Positions 16,405-25,412 of a stretch of 50,780 nucleotides of DNA are shown here, piece by piece. A model generated the notes under the pieces. The model did no database searches and had not been told where the DNA came from. It saw only the letters and a list, made by a program, of their open reading frames with translations. The translations under genes were made by a program, and so were the position numbers. The stretch comes from Candidatus Aenigmatarchaeota archaeon (GTDB lineage Archaea > Aenigmatarchaeota > Aenigmatarchaeia > QMZS01). The number at the start of each line of letters is the position of its first letter. Positions within the stretch are counted from its first letter, which is position 1. The stretch spans positions 1-50,780 of the forward strand of contig JAUVLW010000003.1 in assembly GCA_030600555.1 (NCBI GenBank). The letters run 5' to 3'.

Positions 16405-17610
16405 ATGGAAAAAAACAATCTGCAAAAATTTTTTATTGGGGTTATAATAATAAGTTTTACAACTACTGCAGGATATCTTATTGCGCCTATAGAAGTAAGA
16501 TTCCTCCAAACCCTCACAAATAACTCTATACTGATAGGTCTAACCTTCGCAATAGGTTCATTTGTTTTTGCTATTTTATCACTATATGTAGGCAGACTCT
16601 CAGATAGATTTGGGAGACAAAAATTTATATTAATGGGTTTGATGCTTGGAATTCTATACCCTCTGCTATATGCCTCAACTTATAATATCCTCCAATACAT
16701 GGGTGTCAAATTTGTCTGGGCCTTTTCAACCGCCACAACAGTTCCTGTTTTTATGGCTTATCTGCAGGATCTGATAAAAACCAATAATAAAAAAGGATAT
16801 TATTTCGGAGTGCTATTCTCGATGCAATCTATTAGTGGAAGTATCGGAGCTTTGTTTGGCGGTCTATTAAGTGACACCTATGGTTTGGTGGCTGGTTATT
16901 ATGCCATGGCATTTATTTTTCTTCTGGCAACAATCCTTGCAATCACACAATTTGGGTTTAAAGACAAATTTGCTACAAACAAAATCAAGAAAACACAAAA
17001 AAATGAGGAAAAAAGAAGTTTATTATTTTCTTTATATTATATCTTAAAAAAACCCGAGTTAATATTTTATATTGTTCACAATACAGGATTTGCTCTTGGT
17101 TGGGGTATAAAACCATTTTTATGGCCTCTAATAATCTACGAACTAACTGGAAAAGATTTTATCACAGGGTGTATTTTTGCAACTATGGGTGTTGTGGCTT
17201 TTTTTGTATTGCCTTTTGCAGGAAAATATATAGATAAAAAAGGCCCTTTTCATGGAGCGATGATAGCTATGATTATTCTTGGAAGTTCTGGACTGGTTTT
17301 GGCTTTTTCAAAAGATATCTCAATCATCTGGATTATGGCAGCAATTTACGCAATAGGAGAAGCAATTAACGGACCTACACAAGGTGTTCTGTTAACAGAA
17401 CATGTAGACTCAAAATGCAGGGGTGAAATTCTTGGATTTGATGCTGTCCTCGACAGAAGCGTACTTAGTATATCTCCTTTTATAGCAGGAGCGCTCTTGC
17501 TTTTTATGGAAATGCAAATGGTTTTTTTGTTATATGTCCTAGTCTACTGGATAACCTTAATTGCTTTAATCTATATTTACAACACAAAAATCAAAATTAA
17601 GCAAAAATGA
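16405..17610 (+). CDS. MFS transporter
   Basis: About 12 TM segments, with the MFS loop motif GRLSDRFGRQKF between TM2 and TM3. Confidence 0.85.
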   Translation: MEKNNLQKFFIGVIIISFTTTAGYLIAPIEVRFLQTLTNNSILIGLTFAIGSFVFAILSLYVGRLSDRFGRQKFILMGLMLGILYPLLYASTYNILQYMGVKFVWAFSTATTVPVFMAYLQDLIKTNNKKGYYFGVLFSMQSISGSIGALFGGLLSDTYGLVAGYYAMAFIFLLATILAITQFGFKDKFATNKIKKTQKNEEKRSLLFSLYYILKKPELIFYIVHNTGFALGWGIKPFLWPLIIYELTGKDFITGCIFATMGVVAFFVLPFAGKYIDKKGPFHGAMIAMIILGSSGLVLAFSKDISIIWIMAAIYAIGEAINGPTQGVLLTEHVDSKCRGEILGFDAVLDRSVLSISPFIAGALLLFMEMQMVFLLYVLVYWITLIALIYIYNTKIKIKQK

Positions 17611-17641
17611 AATAATAAATTATTTTCTAATAGATAATTAT

Positions 17642-18229
17642 ATGAATGTAAAAAATTATTTCAGAGAAAGAGAACCTATGAAAGATAAAGAGTTATTATT
17701 GGCTATTCCTTTTTCCAACGCTCTATTTATTCCTACCCCAATCATTTATCCGTTTAACACAACCTATGAAATAAAAGAAGAATCTGAAGATGGATATGAC
17801 TGGTCTAAATATATTGAAGGTGATGAAGGTCATATAATTGAACTTTATGAAACCGGAGAATTTGATGTGTGGAAAAAAGTAATAATTGAAGAATATCAGG
17901 GTCGCATAAGAAAAATAAATATAGAAGAAAAATGGAAAGCACCTAGTTATTATAAACTAGAGGGTTGGGATTTTGATGAATTGATTGTTGAAACTCCCGT
18001 TTATGAAATTCTTGACAGAAATCATTTTGAGAAAACTCTGGGATTTAATGATGTTGAAGTTTATCTTACAGGCACTCAACAGATTCTTTCCAGGGATGAA
18101 TACTGGGTAAAAGAATTCTGGAACACAGATAAAAAAATACAGGAAAATGCCTTAATTGCCACTGTACTTGAAAAGCGCATGGACGAAAAAGGACGAAAAT
18201 GGAATAAAACTTTTAAGAGAATTATTTAA
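17642..18229 (+). CDS. Hypothetical 195-aa protein
   Basis: ATG ORF with ordinary, non-repetitive composition and no motif recognised. Confidence 0.5.
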   Translation: MNVKNYFREREPMKDKELLLAIPFSNALFIPTPIIYPFNTTYEIKEESEDGYDWSKYIEGDEGHIIELYETGEFDVWKKVIIEEYQGRIRKINIEEKWKAPSYYKLEGWDFDELIVETPVYEILDRNHFEKTLGFNDVEVYLTGTQQILSRDEYWVKEFWNTDKKIQENALIATVLEKRMDEKGRKWNKTFKRII

Positions 18230-18275
18230 TCTATATAAAATAACATTTTTAGTAAAATATATTCTTGGTTTGGAA

Positions 18276-18671
18276 TTACTTTTTCAAAAGAATTTTATCC
18301 GCTTTGTCTACAATATCATCAATCTTTGGATCACGAATGGTGTTTAGATCAAAAAACCAATTCTCTGGTGAATTGCCTCCCCCATCCAACAATTCTGATA
18401 ATGCATCATATCTTATGCTAACCACTCTAAGCTCGCTTTTAGATATAATTCTATTCACAATAATTTCAAGAAGAGGGGTTTTTTCTATAATAATTTCATA
18501 TTCTGACATTAAACCTCTATCTTTAAGCTTCTGTCTAAACAACATTTCAACTTTATCAAATTTTTCCTGTCCTCTTAAATAATAACTTGCTCCATTTGGA
18601 TGAGTATAATTATTTCGTTTTATTAAATGTTCATACTCTCTATATAAATCACCAAGATATTTCAGTACCAT
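18276..18671 (-). CDS. Hypothetical 131-aa protein
   Basis: ATG ORF convergent with the 195-aa ORF. No motif recognised. Confidence 0.5.
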   Translation of the reverse strand: MVLKYLGDLYREYEHLIKRNNYTHPNGASYYLRGQEKFDKVEMLFRQKLKDRGLMSEYEIIIEKTPLLEIIVNRIISKSELRVVSIRYDALSELLDGGGNSPENWFFDLNTIRDPKIDDIVDKADKILLKK

Positions 18672-18706
18672 AAAGTGATATATAAAACTTTAAATAATTT
18701 AAAATC

Positions 18707-19870
18707 TCAATAATAATAAGCATAAAGCAGCATTGCTGCGCTCCAACTCTGGTTCGCAGAACCCATTGGTTTTCCTTCTGAATTCAACCACTCAGAGAAT
18801 CTCCAGTTTTCCAGTTTACAACTTTCAACTAATTTATCAAATTTCTTCTCAAAAAGTCTTCCCTCTTTTTTCAGTGTTGCAATGTAAAAACCACCTACAA
18901 AAGGCCATACACCTCCATTATGATAATTTCCGGGTTCCTGCAAATAAGGCAATTCCGACCACCTGAAATAAAAATTCCAGAAAGGGTCGTTTCTTTGAAT
19001 TGGGGGGTGCAACACTTTTAAGGGATAAGGTTCGTCTATTTTCTCAGTTTCAATATAATTTAAAATCTTGTTTTTTTTGTCATCATCCGCAACATCAAAC
19101 AAAACCGCAAGCAGGTTTGCAAAAGAATCAAATCTTGAATCAAATTTCCTGAAGCCCAAATCCGCAAGATAGTAGTTTCTTTCCTTATCCAACTCAGCTC
19201 CAAGAATCTCTATATCCTTCTCAATCCCTGTATGACCATAATCTTCTTTTATTTTCTCCAGATTATTTTTTGACGGCCAGAAAAATAAATTGATGCTTTC
19301 TTTTAGGTTTTCCGCAATCCACCCAAATTTTTCTTCCTTTCCAAAAATAGCGCTGATTTCATCTGCATCTTTCAAAGCCTTGTAAAGCAACACATTATCA
19401 TAAAGAACCCTCCCGCTTCTCAAAAGCAGATCCATCCAATCAGAACCCTCATTTGTTTCAATCAACCAATCATTATTCTGGTCAAGGCATAAAGCCCAAT
19501 TAAGCGCGTTATTTATTTTTTTATAATGGTCCCTCAGGAAATTCAAATCTTTAGTTGATTTGTAGAAATTTAAAACCGTGATAGGATACCACAAACTTGA
19601 ATCAACGCAACCGCCTTCTCCAAAACAAACTTTATCCCCTGATGAAATTTTATTTGGAATCTGTCCTGTAAATTTTTGATATTTGGAAGCGACATTAATG
19701 GTTCTCCTCGCCATTTCAATTAAATTCTTATCCCCGGAAGCAACCATTCCAAGCGTGGAAATTAAAGCATCTCTTATCCAAAATTCAGGATAATAATAAC
19801 CAGCCCTCACCCCATTATCAATCTTATTATTCAAAATAATTTCTTTTGCTTTCTCAATAAACAAGTCCAT
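18707..19870 (-). CDS. Amylo-alpha-1,6-glucosidase / glycogen-debranching-enzyme C-terminal-like (GDE_C) protein
   Basis: EFWIRDALIS, GSDWMDLL, HNGGVWPFVGGFY, NQSWSAAMLLYAYY; an (alpha/alpha)6 GDE_C-type pattern. Confidence 0.82.
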   Translation of the reverse strand: MDLFIEKAKEIILNNKIDNGVRAGYYYPEFWIRDALISTLGMVASGDKNLIEMARRTINVASKYQKFTGQIPNKISSGDKVCFGEGGCVDSSLWYPITVLNFYKSTKDLNFLRDHYKKINNALNWALCLDQNNDWLIETNEGSDWMDLLLRSGRVLYDNVLLYKALKDADEISAIFGKEEKFGWIAENLKESINLFFWPSKNNLEKIKEDYGHTGIEKDIEILGAELDKERNYYLADLGFRKFDSRFDSFANLLAVLFDVADDDKKNKILNYIETEKIDEPYPLKVLHPPIQRNDPFWNFYFRWSELPYLQEPGNYHNGGVWPFVGGFYIATLKKEGRLFEKKFDKLVESCKLENWRFSEWLNSEGKPMGSANQSWSAAMLLYAYYY

Positions 19871-19996
19871 AATTAATACACCTAAATGAATATCCTAAGA
19901 GTTGCAACTAAACTTATTAAAAATAAATTGATTAATTATACTAATATTGCAATCAGTTCCATTAAAAACAATAATTAATAAAAAATCTTAAATGAT

Positions 19997-20929
19997 TTAA
20001 ACAGTCCTTCTGAATGAATTTAAAAGATTTTCAAAAAAAGTTTTTTTTCTTTTTATCTCAAATCCCGCTATCGTGGACGCCAAAGAATATAAAGCATCAT
20101 TTGATTTCGCTTTTGGATTATAAAATGAAAGAGGTAATTTTTTTACTAGCGCTCTTTCTATCTCCATATCATAAGGTATGCTGCTAATCACAGGAATCTC
20201 TGTAATTTTTTCTATTTCATCATTTGTAAGTTCATGATTTTTATTCTTCCTGTTATTTACCACAATACCAATGATTTTTTTATCAAGTTTCTCAGCAACT
20301 TTTCTGCATCGATATAAATCCACAACTGCAGTTGTATATGGCTGGGTTACAAAAAGTATTTCGTCCGCGGCGGAAATTGCTGCAAGACCTTCCCTCCCTA
20401 AACCAGGCGCGGAATCAAGAATAACATTTATATTTAAATCATCAAGTTTTTCGGGCAATTTAAACATATCCACTTCGCTTAAATCAGTTAATTTTAGTGA
20501 AGAAGGAATCACCTTAACCCCTGTATTATGCTCAAATATCCCCTCTTCTGCCCTAGATTCATCTTTTAAAATATGATTCAAAGTTATGTCAACATTATAC
20601 AAACCCAGATTAACGCCTAAATGCGGAGTAGTCATATTGCAATCAACAACAACATTATCCATTTTAAATTCCTTGTTTAACAAATAACCTAAATTAATCG
20701 CCAAAGTTGTTTTGCCAATCCCTCCTTTACCTGAAACAATTGCAATCTTTCTTGGTTCTGATTTAAATTCTTTTTTAACCGATGTTTCATCATCACTATT
20801 TTGTTTCAGCATTTTGGTTTTTTTCCTGTGTAAATTATACTTTGAAATATTGTCTATTTTGCATTTAGTTTTAGAAACCGACTCTACTTTAGCTTTATTC
20901 TTTCTATAAAAATTTTTAAGTATACTCAT
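19997..20929 (-). CDS. MinD/ParA-family P-loop ATPase with a ~60-aa basic N-terminal extension
   Basis: Deviant Walker A IAIVSGKGGIGKTTLAINLG and Walker B ILDSAPG. Confidence 0.88.
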   Translation of the reverse strand: MSILKNFYRKNKAKVESVSKTKCKIDNISKYNLHRKKTKMLKQNSDDETSVKKEFKSEPRKIAIVSGKGGIGKTTLAINLGYLLNKEFKMDNVVVDCNMTTPHLGVNLGLYNVDITLNHILKDESRAEEGIFEHNTGVKVIPSSLKLTDLSEVDMFKLPEKLDDLNINVILDSAPGLGREGLAAISAADEILFVTQPYTTAVVDLYRCRKVAEKLDKKIIGIVVNNRKNKNHELTNDEIEKITEIPVISSIPYDMEIERALVKKLPLSFYNPKAKSNDALYSLASTIAGFEIKRKKTFFENLLNSFRRTV

Positions 20930-20937
20930 AAGTTACT

Positions 20938-21546
20938 TTACTTATTATAATAAAAAGAGGTAAAAAAGTTCTCAAATCCCTTTAAAATAACCCCCTCTCG
21001 ATATTTAACATTACTAGGGTCTTTTAATATTTCCATGGATCCCTTCACTGAACCCAACCTCACATTATATTTATACTCAAGTCCAAGCAGTTCAGTTTCA
21101 AGTTTTTTATCTCCAATATAAAAAAAAGTTATTTTGTTTTTAGGTTTTGTTGAAACATCAATAACAGACAGAAATTCCGAATTTAAATTCTCTGCTTTTC
21201 TGATACACTCGCTTATCTGATCTGAATCCGCCACTTTTGAAACTCCTCCTTTAGATAATTCGCCCCCATACAAAATATTTTTCTGCTCTGCATAAAAATT
21301 CAGTTTCCTGTTAATCGCATAATGAACAAAACCCAACAAAGCAAAATCAGAATTATAATTGACTCCCGCAACAATCACATTACCATATTTTTTTAGTTCA
21401 AGTATATTTTTTTTTCTTAGAGATAATACTGCAGAATAAACTCTCTCATAGGAATAACCGCAGTTTTTCTGAATTTCTTTTATGGTTTTTAATTCTTTAT
21501 CTGGAAATAAACTTGCAATGACTTCCAATTCATTACGCGGTAACAT
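20938..21546 (-). CDS. Predicted winged-helix DNA-binding protein (202 aa from the ATG)
   Basis: N-terminus ELEVIASLFPDKELKTIKEIQKNCGYSYERVYSAVLSLRKKNILELKKYG has a wHTH pattern. The track start at 21564 is TTG; the ATG at 21546 is preferred. Sits immediately upstream of minD and divergent from secreted paralog A. Confidence 0.55.
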   Translation of the reverse strand: MLPRNELEVIASLFPDKELKTIKEIQKNCGYSYERVYSAVLSLRKKNILELKKYGNVIVAGVNYNSDFALLGFVHYAINRKLNFYAEQKNILYGGELSKGGVSKVADSDQISECIRKAENLNSEFLSVIDVSTKPKNKITFFYIGDKKLETELLGLEYKYNVRLGSVKGSMEILKDPSNVKYREGVILKGFENFFTSFYYNK

Positions 21547-21560
21547 AACTATAGAACACT

Positions 21561-21576
21561 TCAATATATTTATTGA
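21561..21576. promoter_or_regulatory. Inverted repeat TCAATA-TATT-TATTGA between the wHTH gene and secreted paralog A
   Basis: Read directly. Uses the same half-sites as 22650-22666 and 23782-23798, in the opposite arrangement. Confidence 0.45.
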
Positions 21577-21593
21577 TTTTTCATTAGGATAAC

Positions 21594-21603
21594 CTTATAT
21601 ATA
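21594..21603 (+). promoter_or_regulatory. TATA-like box (CTTATATATA) about 20 nt upstream of the paralog A ATG
   Basis: AT-rich TATA-like element at archaeal spacing, implying a leaderless or near-leaderless mRNA. Confidence 0.35.
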
Positions 21604-21620
21604 CCAACAAATATATTATT

Positions 21621-22598
21621 ATGAAGAACTTCGATAATTATACAACCAATAAATTTAGAACTAAAACTAATAAATCCTATATTTGTCTAACTCTATTTGC
21701 TATATTAACCTTGCTTGTTGCAGGAACTCCTGTAATGGCTGCGGAAAATTCATCAGGCACAATTAATATTACTGTACTGGTATCCGCAAAGACAATAGTT
21801 GTTATTGACCCCGACATTCTTACATGGATAGGCGGTGAATCTGTAAATCCTGGTGAAGAAGGAATTGTAAAAGCAATACAAATAGAAAACATGGGTTCAA
21901 CAAATATCAGCTACCTTTGGGCAAACACCAGCTATGAAGACACATCTCCTTTTGGCACTGGTAATGCTGCAGGGTATGATGCGGGAAATTTTGTGGCAAT
22001 GAGCAAAGCCAATGACACCAATTTCTTCTTTGTTAATCGCGTTGATTACAATGAAACACACCAGGATATTTATTTAAACTTGCCAGCAAATACAGTAAGT
22101 TACGGCAGGATGAGAGATGCAGGCAATGAATATTTCTGGGCTCTTGAATCTGGGGGAGTAAACTGCACAAACGGGACTATTTCCATTGGTGTATTACCTC
22201 ATACAGATAATAGTTCAGGAACAACAGATCTTTCAAATTGCGGGGGTGTGGGTTTAACAGATACAGCCAATGCAGGTTGCAGATCCGGAGATTTAACTGC
22301 GGTTTCTTCAGGAGATTATGAAGGAATTTGGGGCTGGGCTGACATCAACATGGATTACAGTAATAGCTATCATAATTATACAGTTGCCGTGCATTCTGAT
22401 TGCAACATAACAATGTTTTATCACTGGAATAAAGATGCTCCAGGAGCTGACAGTGCAACCAATCCAGAATATTTATCTGAAACAACCCTTTATCCCGGTG
22501 GTGCAGTAATAATGTATGTAAAAGTAAAAGTTCCTTATGGAACCGCAGCGGGTAATGTTGGTGAAGGATTTTTAACAATAACCGCACAATCAACTTAA
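21621..22598 (+). CDS. Secreted sequon-rich protein, paralog A (325 aa)
   Basis: Signal peptide ..LTLLVAGTPVMA|AENSS. Shares with paralog B the motifs IQIENMGSTNISYLW.NTSY..PFGT.N..YDAGNFV, NRVDY, YGRMR..NEYFW, HWNKDA and KVKVPYG..G.V.EGFLTIT. Confidence 0.8.
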   Translation: MKNFDNYTTNKFRTKTNKSYICLTLFAILTLLVAGTPVMAAENSSGTINITVLVSAKTIVVIDPDILTWIGGESVNPGEEGIVKAIQIENMGSTNISYLWANTSYEDTSPFGTGNAAGYDAGNFVAMSKANDTNFFFVNRVDYNETHQDIYLNLPANTVSYGRMRDAGNEYFWALESGGVNCTNGTISIGVLPHTDNSSGTTDLSNCGGVGLTDTANAGCRSGDLTAVSSGDYEGIWGWADINMDYSNSYHNYTVAVHSDCNITMFYHWNKDAPGADSATNPEYLSETTLYPGGAVIMYVKVKVPYGTAAGNVGEGFLTITAQST

Positions 22599-22649
22599 TT
22601 AATTTTATTTTTTATTTAAAATTATTAAAATTCAGTTGATTTATTTTCA

Positions 22650-22666
22650 ATATTGATATTTCAATA
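22650..22666. promoter_or_regulatory. 17-mer ATATTGATATTTCAATA (inverted repeat TATTGA-TATT-TCAATA) upstream of paralog B
   Basis: Identical 17-mer at 23782-23798. Additional TTGAT half-sites at 22636 and 22673. Lies between the T-rich terminator of paralog A and the TATA box of paralog B. Confidence 0.5.
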
Positions 22667-22696
22667 TCTTTATTGATACTTCTGTAAGCTAAAAAC

Positions 22697-22704
22697 TTTA
22701 TATA
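22697..22704 (+). promoter_or_regulatory. TATA box TTTATATA about 21 nt upstream of the paralog B ATG
   Basis: Canonical archaeal TATA-like octamer; the spacing implies a leaderless mRNA. Confidence 0.4.
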
Positions 22705-22724
22705 GTCTATTTACAAATATATAT

Positions 22725-23726
22725 ATGGTATACAAAAATAACAACCTAATAAAAATATCCACAATAATAACCGCACTAGTGATAATAGCAATGACAAATC
22801 CAGCGATGGCTTTAACTGTCAATGATAATGAAACAGCAAACATATCTGTAACAATCTCAACAATAACAATGGTAAACATAGACCCTTATGTTCTTACATG
22901 GAGTGGTCTTAACCCAGGAGATATTGGTAATGCAACTGAAGAAACCACAGGCTACTTTGCAATCCAGATAGAAAATATTGGTTCAAACAATATAACACAT
23001 ATTTGGTTCAATTCAAGTTACCCTTCAAGCCGACCATTTGGAACCGCAAATTCAAGCGCCTATGATGCAGGAAACTTTGTTGTGCTTGCAAGAGAAAATC
23101 TAAGTGAAATTCCAACGGGAGCAACCGCAAGTTATTGCGCAGACCTAAGCAATTCAACTTATGATGAAAGATATGGACGTTATAAATATCCAAACAGAGT
23201 TGAATATCCTGAAGTAAGAACCTTAGTTTACCTCAAAGATGATAACGGGATAATGCCTCCATTAGATAAGGATTACGGTAGATTCAGGTTTGCTAATGAA
23301 GAGTTCTTCTGGATGATAAGCAATGCTACTGATTGCGGAGGAAATGACTTTCTAATTGGTAACGACTCACATACCTCAACGCAAACAGGTACAGTAGATT
23401 TCCAAGGAAGTGATGTTGCTACAGTATCTTTAGTAGCCACTCCTATTGAAGGATGGTGTTACGGAAATATAAGCAGTCACAGTCATCTGGATGGTTATGG
23501 AGTGCTTGTGCAAAATGGAACTTCAGGAGCAGATAGAAAAGTTCAGTTAGTATGGTGGAACAAAGATGCTTTAACAAATGGAATGGTGGGTCACTACTTA
23601 TTTGAAGGAGAGAATTTAGTTCCAGGGCAATCAACAGCAGCATGCATCAAAGTATATGTTCCTTATGGAGTTAACGAAGGTAGTGTTGAAACCGGAATAT
23701 TAACTGTAGTTGTGAATAGCGTATAA
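22725..23726 (+). CDS. Secreted sequon-rich protein, paralog B (333 aa)
   Basis: Signal peptide ..VIIAMTNPAMA|LTVND. Shares the conserved blocks listed for paralog A. Confidence 0.8.
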   Translation: MVYKNNNLIKISTIITALVIIAMTNPAMALTVNDNETANISVTISTITMVNIDPYVLTWSGLNPGDIGNATEETTGYFAIQIENIGSNNITHIWFNSSYPSSRPFGTANSSAYDAGNFVVLARENLSEIPTGATASYCADLSNSTYDERYGRYKYPNRVEYPEVRTLVYLKDDNGIMPPLDKDYGRFRFANEEFFWMISNATDCGGNDFLIGNDSHTSTQTGTVDFQGSDVATVSLVATPIEGWCYGNISSHSHLDGYGVLVQNGTSGADRKVQLVWWNKDALTNGMVGHYLFEGENLVPGQSTAACIKVYVPYGVNEGSVETGILTVVVNSV

Positions 23727-23781
23727 TTTAATTTTTTATTTTTATAATTGTTTTTTAAATGAACTAGTTTATCCATCAAAG

Positions 23782-23798
23782 ATATTGATATTTCAATA
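23782..23798. promoter_or_regulatory. 17-mer ATATTGATATTTCAATA upstream of the MoxR operon
   Basis: Identical to 22650-22666, and 41 nt upstream of the moxR ATG. Confidence 0.5.
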
Positions 23799-23838
23799 AC
23801 AATATTCTTGTCTTTTCTACTAATAAATCTATTTAATT

Positions 23839-24813
23839 ATGAATAAAAACATAGAATTATATAAAAAAAAAATATTCGAAATTAAAAAAGAAATTCATAA
23901 AGGATTTATTGGTCAGGAAGATACAGTAGATGGAATTATTAAATGTTTAATCTGCAATTCTCATGTACTGCTTGAAGGAGTTCCGGGCGTCGCAAAAACC
24001 TTTTTAATTAAATGTTTGTCTGAAACAATAAAAAATTGCAATTTCTCAAGGATTCAATTTACTCCTGACCTTCTTCCAAGCGATATTACCGGAGTTCAAA
24101 TCTACGAAGAATCCAAAGGATTTTATGTTAGAAAAGGTCCTATATTTGTAAATTTTACTCTAGCTGATGAAATCAATAGAGCGCCTCCAAAAGTTCAGGC
24201 CGCTATGCTTCAATGCATGCAGGAAAGGCAGGTGACTATAGGAAGACAAACCTTTGACCTGCCAAAACCATTCTTCGTTCTTGCAACCCAGAACCCTTTG
24301 GAACAACAAGGAGTATACCCTCTAGGTATCGCTTCTGTGGATAGATTTTTATTTAAAATAAAAGTTGGGTATCCTGATAAAGAAGCAGAATTAAAAATTA
24401 TAGACTCAAATTTCGAAACAAAGGGTATTGATCAATATGGAATTAAAAAAATTGTATCGCTTGAAGATCTCTCTGAAATGCAAAAAGAAGTAAAAAAAAT
24501 ATTCATCTCAGAAGAGATAAAAGATTATATTACGCTTCTTATAGATGCAACAAGGAACCCGAAAAAATATAATCTTGAAACCGGAAAATATGTAAAATGG
24601 GGTAGCAGTCCAAGAGCTTCGATATATTTGGGTCTTGCAGCAAAATCAAATGCTTTATTTGATGGAAGAGATTATGTAATCCCAGAAGATGTGCAAGCTA
24701 TTGCAAAAAATGTGTTAAGACACAGGCTTATCTTAAGTTATGAAGGCAAAGCAAAAAATATTGAAAGTGATATTATTATTGATGAAATTTTGGACAAAGT
24801 TGAAATAATATGA
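23839..24813 (+). CDS. MoxR-family AAA+ ATPase, copy 1 (324 aa, intact)
   Basis: Walker A GVPGVAKT, Walker B ADEINRA, sensor ATQNP, AAA_lid region GSSPRASIYL. The usual PLPEAQLDRF motif is altered to PLGIASVDRF. Confidence 0.93.
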   Translation: MNKNIELYKKKIFEIKKEIHKGFIGQEDTVDGIIKCLICNSHVLLEGVPGVAKTFLIKCLSETIKNCNFSRIQFTPDLLPSDITGVQIYEESKGFYVRKGPIFVNFTLADEINRAPPKVQAAMLQCMQERQVTIGRQTFDLPKPFFVLATQNPLEQQGVYPLGIASVDRFLFKIKVGYPDKEAELKIIDSNFETKGIDQYGIKKIVSLEDLSEMQKEVKKIFISEEIKDYITLLIDATRNPKKYNLETGKYVKWGSSPRASIYLGLAAKSNALFDGRDYVIPEDVQAIAKNVLRHRLILSYEGKAKNIESDIIIDEILDKVEII

Positions 24814-25412
24814 ATCATATAGATAAAAAAGATTTGGTTGGGATAAAAAATAAATTTCAGGATTTAAAAAAAGAAGTTCATAAAGGAGTTATTGGTCAGG
24901 AAGAAACTGTTGATGGTATCATTAAATGTTTAATCTGCAACTCGCATGCATTGATTGAAGGAGTTCCTGGCGTCGCAAAAACCCTGCTAATCAAATGTTT
25001 AGCTGAAACAATAAGCGGAGCCAAATTATCAAGAATTCAATTTACTCCTGACCTTCTTCCAAGCGATATTACTGGCGTAGAAATATACGAAAAGAAAAAA
25101 GGTTTTTCAACCGTTTATGGACCCATATTCGCCACTTTGGTAACCGCTGATGAAATCAACAGAGCACCTCCAAAGGTTCAGGCCGCTATGCTTCAATGCA
25201 TGCAGGAAAGGCAGGTGACTATAGGAAGAAATACATTTGACCTGCCAAAACCATTCTTTGTTCTTGCAACCCAGAACCCTTTAGAAACAATGGGTGTTTA
25301 TCCGCTTCCGGAAGCTCAAGTTGATAGATTTTTATTTAAAATAAAAATGGGATATCCCAGCAGGGAAGATGAGAAAAAAATTATCCTAAACAATATAGAT
25401 GTAAAAAAATGA
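24810..25412 (+). CDS. MoxR-family AAA+ ATPase, copy 2, N-terminal ATPase core (split ORF)
   Basis: About 75% identical to copy 1 by eye and keeps the canonical PLPEAQVDRF. Ends at a TGA directly after GTA AAA AAA. Confidence 0.85.
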   Translation: MNHIDKKDLVGIKNKFQDLKKEVHKGVIGQEETVDGIIKCLICNSHALIEGVPGVAKTLLIKCLAETISGAKLSRIQFTPDLLPSDITGVEIYEKKKGFSTVYGPIFATLVTADEINRAPPKVQAAMLQCMQERQVTIGRNTFDLPKPFFVLATQNPLETMGVYPLPEAQVDRFLFKIKMGYPSREDEKKIILNNIDVKK

